Source: an uncultured Nitrospiraceae bacterium (GTDB lineage Bacteria; Nitrospirota; Thermodesulfovibrionia; UBA6902). From it: DNA of 64,000 nucleotides. This document shows positions 58,791 to 64,000 of the stretch, one piece after another. The notes beneath the pieces are model-generated. The model did not search any database. It saw only the letters and a list, made by a program, of their open reading frames with translations, and was not told where the DNA came from. Position numbers and translations under genes: made by a program. Location of the stretch: the NCBI GenBank assembly GCA_964393845.1, contig CAYMUX010000001.1:17556-81555 (forward strand). Reading direction: 5' to 3'. How positions within the stretch are numbered: position 1 is the first letter of the stretch; each line of letters starts with the position of its first letter.

Positions 58791-59768
58791 TTGTTGGCTG
58801 ACAGAGTCTGGATAAGCTGGAACGAGCAGAGGCGCAATGCAGGATTAGCTGCAGCAGTCAATGCTAAATTATATATGACTGACAGGGATTCCCCAAGATG
58901 GAGGCGTCTTATAACGGAATTCAATGAGTCCCGGAAAATTATAAAAAGGGATAAACCATCGATTTGTTTTACAATGAATCCGTCGATATTCTCAAGCTGG
59001 TGGTTGTCGCTACTCGCTAAAGTCTACCGGTTTCGTCTGGTCACAGACCTCCATACTCCTAATATAGAGCTCAAGGGCGTCAAAAAAAAAATATTTCAGG
59101 TGTTTTTCAATTCAGGGATTAGAAACTCAGATGTAGTTATTGTAACTAATGACGTGTACCGGCAATCCATTTTACCTCTTAATCCAAACATCGTCATTAT
59201 CCCGGACCCTCTGCCGGTATTGCATATGTCACAGAAAGATGCCGGTAATAAATATCGCAGGAAAGACAAAAAAATGCAGATTCTTTTCATATGTTCTTTT
59301 GATCCGGATGAACCGGTCAATGAAGTCCTGGCTATTGATCCTGAAATAGATGATTTTGAGATATTGGTGACAGGAAACTGGAAGAAGATGTTTGCGGTTA
59401 TCCCTGTTGCGAAGAATATCCATTTCATGGGCTTTGTTCCTAAAGATGAATATGATAAGCTGCTTTTTTCCGTTGACGGCATTATGGTATTAACCGGTGG
59501 AGAAGGCTGCCTCTGCTGCGGAGCTTATGAAGCCTTTTCTGCAGGGAAACCGGTAATTTTATCGCTGACTAAAACCCTGCAGGGATTTTTCGGGGATGCT
59601 CCGATTTATGCAAAAAACTCTTCGGAATCAATTTTATCCGCACTGAAGAAACTTAAAGATGAAAAAGAAGAAAGAGCAAAGATGGTCATAAGAGAACGCG
59701 ATGTGCTGAATATTAAATTTAAGAAAGGCATTGCGGATCTTGAGAAAGCGCTTGCAGGGATTGCATGA
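58791..59768 (+). CDS. Short GT-B glycosyltransferase (GT4/GT1-like C-terminal domain)
   Basis: GEGCLCCGAYEAFSAGKPVILS matches the GT4 C-terminal nucleotide-sugar-binding helix. Start uncertain (TTG 58791 or ATG 58875). Confidence 0.5.
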   Translation: MLADRVWISWNEQRRNAGLAAAVNAKLYMTDRDSPRWRRLITEFNESRKIIKRDKPSICFTMNPSIFSSWWLSLLAKVYRFRLVTDLHTPNIELKGVKKKIFQVFFNSGIRNSDVVIVTNDVYRQSILPLNPNIVIIPDPLPVLHMSQKDAGNKYRRKDKKMQILFICSFDPDEPVNEVLAIDPEIDDFEILVTGNWKKMFAVIPVAKNIHFMGFVPKDEYDKLLFSVDGIMVLTGGEGCLCCGAYEAFSAGKPVILSLTKTLQGFFGDAPIYAKNSSESILSALKKLKDEKEERAKMVIRERDVLNIKFKKGIADLEKALAGIA

Positions 59769-60712
59769 GAGGTAACGATTTATATCTCATTGTGAGTATT
59801 GATGTTGAAGAGGACATGCCTGACTGGAAGATAGAGCCCGCCACTACGATCCGCAATCTCGAAGGCATACCACGTCTTCAGGAATTATTTGAGAAGTATA
59901 ATATACGTCCGACTTATTTACTGAATTATGCCTTTGCCTCCAATGAAAAAGCCGTTAAATATTTTAACGGCATCAGCAATAAGTGTGAGATCGGAGCTCA
60001 TATGCACCCGTGGAATACCCCGCCTTTAACTGCGGAAGAATCGACTAAGAACGATTACCCGAGTAATTTGCCGTATGAAAGGCAATATGAAAAGATCAAA
60101 ACGGTGACAGATGAATTGACAAAAGCCTTCAAAAAGTCTCCAACTTCTTACCGCGCCGGCAGATTTGGCTTTAATGATGACACGAAGGACATGCTTATTC
60201 GTCTGGGATATCTTGTGGATTCCAGTATTTCCCCTATGGTTTCGTGGAAAAAGGATAAGGGCCCTTCCTTCCTTAATTACAGGGCAAAACCGTTTTGGAT
60301 GGGTAATTCAGGATCTAAAATATTGGAAGTGCCTGTGACCATAGGGCTGAGCAGGAACCTTCCCGGATTACTTGAAAAGATATATTTACGTCTTCCGAGA
60401 GTTACCAGGATACGGGGTCTTTTGAGTAAAGATCACCTGAATTTATTGGACCTTTTCTGGCTTTATCCGGCTCTTTTTTCAGAAAAGGACATGATAGCGC
60501 TCGTAGATGTAATGATAAAAAAACCGGTAAATGTGTTTAACGTTTTTTTTCATTCAAGCGAGATAAAGACAGGAGAATCCATTTATACCAGGACAGAGAA
60601 TGAGTTGAAGGAATACTATAGACGTCTTGATTTATTTTTTGATTATGCCGTTAATGAGAAAGAGATGAAAAGCATCACTTTATCCGAATACAGAAATCAT
60701 CATGTTGAATAG
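59765..60712 (+). CDS. Polysaccharide deacetylase-like / WalW-like beta-alpha-barrel protein
   Basis: LIVSIDVEEDMPDW ... CEIGAHMHPWNTPP, reminiscent of divergent NodB-fold deacetylases. Confidence 0.5.
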   Translation: MRGNDLYLIVSIDVEEDMPDWKIEPATTIRNLEGIPRLQELFEKYNIRPTYLLNYAFASNEKAVKYFNGISNKCEIGAHMHPWNTPPLTAEESTKNDYPSNLPYERQYEKIKTVTDELTKAFKKSPTSYRAGRFGFNDDTKDMLIRLGYLVDSSISPMVSWKKDKGPSFLNYRAKPFWMGNSGSKILEVPVTIGLSRNLPGLLEKIYLRLPRVTRIRGLLSKDHLNLLDLFWLYPALFSEKDMIALVDVMIKKPVNVFNVFFHSSEIKTGESIYTRTENELKEYYRRLDLFFDYAVNEKEMKSITLSEYRNHHVE

Positions 60713-60742
60713 CGACATGCAGTTCATAGTTTTGGAGGTAAG

Positions 60743-62425
60743 ATGAATATATTGGGAATATCGGCCCTGGATACGGATTGCACAGCGGCTTTAATTCAGG
60801 GAGATAAAGTAACTTTTAGCGCGGGTGAGGAAAGGTTTTCGAGGATCAAGCAGCACGCAGGCTTTCCGCACAAGAGCATAGAATTCATTTTGAACAGGTC
60901 CGGCCTTGGTCCTGAGGACATCGATATTGTCGCATATCCTTTTTTCCCCTGGTATAAGGAAGCGTTTCTGATATCTAAAGGGTATATCCAGAACAACCTT
61001 TTCAATATCTTTAAGCACGATGATCTGAAATCAAAGTTCTATCATTTTGCTTATTATACGAGGTTTTGCAAGCAAGCATTTCTGGACCACAGGAAATTCC
61101 ATATGGACCTCACTCAAAGCCTTCAGAGGTTAGGCTTGGGGAATAAACTTAGAAGAGTTGAGCACCATCTTTCTCACGCCGCATCTGCTTTCTATACTTC
61201 AGGATTTAACGAGGCGCTTATTGTAACCTTTGACGCGTATGGGAGCGAGCTGGCGGGCAGTATCAGCCTTGGCTCGCCTGAAGGTATAAAGAGGGTATTG
61301 GATATAAAGTACCCTCATTCTCTTGGTCTGTTCTATTCCCAGGTAACTGAGGCATTGGGTTTTACTCCGACAAGACATGAGGGTAAGATAGTCGGTCTCG
61401 CCTCTTACGGAAACCCCTCTGTCCTGTTTGATGATGTTTATAAGCGGTTTAACGGCGCTGGCTCATCTTTTTCATATATTTCCGGACTCAACATGAAATT
61501 CTGCAGGCAGTTGGCAAAGAAGTATTCAAGAGAAGATGTTGCTGCCGCATATCAGGCAGTATTGGAGAGGGTAGTAGTGGACATGGTCTCCTCATATTTA
61601 AAGAAATACGGACAAAAGAATGTTGTCCTGGCTGGCGGAGTAACGGCCAATGTAAAACTCAATCAGAGAGTTTTTGAAATAGACGGGGTGGAGAATATAT
61701 TTATATATCCCAATATGGGTGACGGTGGCACTGGCGCAGGAGCAGCGCTGTATTGTGCTTCAGAATTGAACGAAAAGATTATACCGTATGAGCTTGAAAA
61801 TGTTTATTTTGGCCCTTCTTTCTCGGATGAGGAAATCAAAGCCGCGCTTGATAAGGAAAACCTGCGATATTCATTCTCCAGAGAGATTGAAAAAGAGACC
61901 GCGATTCTGATATCACAGGGGAAAGTCGTAGCGAGATTTAACGGAGCCATGGAATACGGACCGAGGGCATTGGGGAACAGATCGGTTTTGTATCACGCGA
62001 AAGACCCCGCTGTTAATGACTGGCTGAATAAGAGGCTTGGACGCACTGAATTCATGCCTTTTGCGCCGGCAACGCTTTATGAATTCCGGGAGCAGTGCTA
62101 CAAAAACATTCAGGGAGCGGAACATGCCGCTACATTCATGACTATCACGTTTGACTGTACTGACTTCATGAAGAAGGTTTCGCCTGCCGCGGTACATGTT
62201 GACGGGACTGCCAGACCCCAACTGGTGCGAAGAGACATAAATTCCAGCTATTACGACATTATCAGTGAATACCACAAATTGACCGGAATACCCAGCGTTA
62301 TCAACACTAGTTTCAATATGCATGAGGAGCCGATTGTCTGCACTCCGTATGATGCCATTAGGGCATTCAAACTGGGCAAGCTGGATTATCTGGCAATTGG
62401 CAGTTACATGGTCAAAGGCGAATAA
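60743..62425 (+). CDS. NodU/CmcH-family carbamoyltransferase
   Basis: MNILGISALDTDCTAALIQGDKVTFSAGEERFSRIKQHAGFP (ASKHA-like N-terminal domain) and the C-terminal YrdC/Kae1-like region of O-carbamoyltransferases. Confidence 0.85.
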   Translation: MNILGISALDTDCTAALIQGDKVTFSAGEERFSRIKQHAGFPHKSIEFILNRSGLGPEDIDIVAYPFFPWYKEAFLISKGYIQNNLFNIFKHDDLKSKFYHFAYYTRFCKQAFLDHRKFHMDLTQSLQRLGLGNKLRRVEHHLSHAASAFYTSGFNEALIVTFDAYGSELAGSISLGSPEGIKRVLDIKYPHSLGLFYSQVTEALGFTPTRHEGKIVGLASYGNPSVLFDDVYKRFNGAGSSFSYISGLNMKFCRQLAKKYSREDVAAAYQAVLERVVVDMVSSYLKKYGQKNVVLAGGVTANVKLNQRVFEIDGVENIFIYPNMGDGGTGAGAALYCASELNEKIIPYELENVYFGPSFSDEEIKAALDKENLRYSFSREIEKETAILISQGKVVARFNGAMEYGPRALGNRSVLYHAKDPAVNDWLNKRLGRTEFMPFAPATLYEFREQCYKNIQGAEHAATFMTITFDCTDFMKKVSPAAVHVDGTARPQLVRRDINSSYYDIISEYHKLTGIPSVINTSFNMHEEPIVCTPYDAIRAFKLGKLDYLAIGSYMVKGE

Positions 62426-62455
62426 GTTACGAGAGGGCTGAATTGAATTCCGAGG

Positions 62456-63946
62456 TTGAGCAGATTGCAGGATATAGGAAGTAAAACCAAAGACAGCCTC
62501 ATATGGAATACTTCTCTGAAACTTGGCTTTCAGGTCTTCAGGTTTGCAATCTCGATCGTAATTGCGCGCATACTCGATCCTAGGGATTTCGGCATAATGG
62601 GAATCGCATCCATGATCATATTATATTCCGATAACCTCACGAGTCTCGGTCTGAACCGGTCATTGATCCGCAATAAAGAGATCAGCGATATGCACGTCAA
62701 TACGGTTTTCACCATCAATTTCAGTATATCCCTGCTGTTCACCAGCATAATTGTGATATTTTCACAGCGCATTGCAGACTTCTTCAATATGCCGGAATTG
62801 AGAAGTGTGATGTTATCTTTATCATGCATATTCATTATAAGCACTTTCTACCAGATACCACTGACCCTAATGAGAAGGCAACTCGATTTCAGGATCGTCG
62901 CTCTGGCCGAACTTTACCGCGGTATAGCGCAGTCGTTGATAACTTTAATTTTAGCTGTGCAGGGACTGAAATACTGGTCTCTCGTGAGCGGCTTTATTTC
63001 ATCCTATATTCTCGCCCTCATTTATGTTCTTATTAAAGTGAAATGGAAGCCGGAGTTCGGCTTTAAGAAAGCTGCCCTGAAAGACGTTTTCAGTTTTGGC
63101 ATATGGAATTTCATGAGGGTACAGATTTCCCAGGTCAATGAATTCGCCGACAAGTTTATAATCGGCAAATTTCTTGGCGCGGACCTCCTGGGTTTTTATG
63201 ACAAGGCTTATTCGACTGTTTCAATGCAGAAAGGTAGTTTTACCGCTCAGATCAGTTCGGTAATGTTCTCTTCTTTCAGCAGGCTCCAGTCCGAAACTGG
63301 CGAGGTGATAAGAAAATATCTTAAAAAGACCCTTTCAGTGACGTCGCTAATAACGTTTCCGCTCAATATCTGTCTGTTTGCTTTAGGAGAGCATTTTGTA
63401 ACACTGCTGCTTGGACCTAAATGGGAGCCCATGATACCCGTGCTGAGAGTCATGTCGATAGCCTATATTTTTTATACTATAAGCGACATGTGTTCAAATA
63501 TTAACATATGCATGGGGAGTTATGTGAAGCAAACTGTGCGGGAAGGATGCTGTAATATCATTTTGGTAATCCTTAGTCTGGTTGCGGTCAATTACGGTAT
63601 TGAATACGTTGCATTTACGGTCCTGGGCATTTACGCTCTGATCTTTTTCATGACCTTTCAACTCACGAAAGAAGTGATAGAGATGACATGGAAAGATCTG
63701 GTGGAAAGCCTTATGCCTGCCTCGATCGGATCGGTCCTGATGCTGGCCGTTATCAGTATATTAAAAAGATATATAATTCAAGAAACTAATTTAGCTAATT
63801 TTGTAATGTTGCTTGTATCAGGGGGGAGTATTTACGGTGTTGCTGTTCTTTTCCCCAGGTATCCATTGATTGAGGAATACAGGTATTCCATGATTTCCCA
63901 TGTGAAAAATATATTCAGCAAAGGTTCAGCGCTGTCCAAGGATTAG
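62456..63946 (+). CDS. Wzx-like oligosaccharide flippase (second MOP-family transporter)
   Basis: About 12 TM helices. LIWNTSLKLGFQVFRFAISIVIARIL N-terminus typical of Polysacc_synt proteins. TTG start. Confidence 0.7.
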   Translation: MSRLQDIGSKTKDSLIWNTSLKLGFQVFRFAISIVIARILDPRDFGIMGIASMIILYSDNLTSLGLNRSLIRNKEISDMHVNTVFTINFSISLLFTSIIVIFSQRIADFFNMPELRSVMLSLSCIFIISTFYQIPLTLMRRQLDFRIVALAELYRGIAQSLITLILAVQGLKYWSLVSGFISSYILALIYVLIKVKWKPEFGFKKAALKDVFSFGIWNFMRVQISQVNEFADKFIIGKFLGADLLGFYDKAYSTVSMQKGSFTAQISSVMFSSFSRLQSETGEVIRKYLKKTLSVTSLITFPLNICLFALGEHFVTLLLGPKWEPMIPVLRVMSIAYIFYTISDMCSNINICMGSYVKQTVREGCCNIILVILSLVAVNYGIEYVAFTVLGIYALIFFMTFQLTKEVIEMTWKDLVESLMPASIGSVLMLAVISILKRYIIQETNLANFVMLLVSGGSIYGVAVLFPRYPLIEEYRYSMISHVKNIFSKGSALSKD

Positions 63947-64000
63947 CGGTTACTCTAATATGCCATTGACTGCAATCGTTTTCATCATTATTTTTATTGC

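Noticed and set aside
23-63453. Numerous 60-160 codon ORFs on the minus strand in the six-frame track
   Set aside because: All are embedded inside long, motif-supported + strand genes. They are short, lack recognisable motifs, and are expected by chance in AT-rich coding DNA. Treated as spurious.
1-64000. CRISPR arrays, tRNA/rRNA genes, IS elements or integrases
   Set aside because: No direct-repeat/spacer periodicity, no cloverleaf-like conserved tRNA segments and no transposase or integrase motifs were seen. Coding density on the + strand leaves essentially no room for them.

Overview
This 64 kb window is one continuous glycoconjugate/exopolysaccharide biosynthesis supercluster. It is AT-rich, and every supported gene (about 47) lies on the + strand. 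Genes are tightly packed and often overlap by 1 nt (TAATG) or 4 nt (ATGA/GTGA), which points to translationally coupled operons. No rRNA, tRNA, CRISPR array, insertion sequence or integrase was recognised, and the minus-strand ORFs in the track are all short and embedded in + strand genes, so they are treated as spurious.

Cytoplasmic sugar chemistry:
- one GT4 glycosyltransferase and one shorter GT4-like gene;
- several GT2 genes, including a fused double GT2 synthase of 810 aa;
- three class I SAM methyltransferases;
- two cobalamin (B12)-binding radical SAM enzymes and one small radical SAM with a Cys-rich C-terminus;
- an SDR epimerase next to a GMC flavoprotein;
- a NodU/CmcH-type carbamoyltransferase;
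- a YdjC/ChbG-type deacetylase.

Extracytoplasmic machinery (unusually large):
- six polytopic GT-C glycosyltransferases of the ArnT/PMT/TMTC type;
- four GtrB/ArnC/DPM1-like polyprenyl-phosphate-sugar synthases, plus one degenerate copy;
- two Wzx-like flippases;
- a secreted GH30-like hydrolase;
- eight membrane-anchored alkaline-phosphatase-superfamily proteins: six sulfatase-fold proteins with an LtaS/EptA/OpgB-like architecture and a Thr (not Cys/Ser formylglycine) nucleophile, and two NPP/type-I-phosphodiesterase-fold proteins.

A polysaccharide deacetylase of the PEP-CTERM-locus subfamily sits next to a FemAB-like PEP-CTERM-associated protein, which links the locus to exosortase-type systems. 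No exosortase or PEP-CTERM substrate was seen in the window.

The most striking feature is a conserved extreme C-terminal octapeptide, L-[KR]-[STG]-L-G-Y-[IL]-x, at the very end of five of the six sulfatase-fold membrane proteins. The same tail ends a free-standing 63-aa ribbon-helix-helix-like protein. The tail is conserved at the peptide level with synonymous codon variation, so it looks like a shared tag or recognition signal not explained by the known domains.
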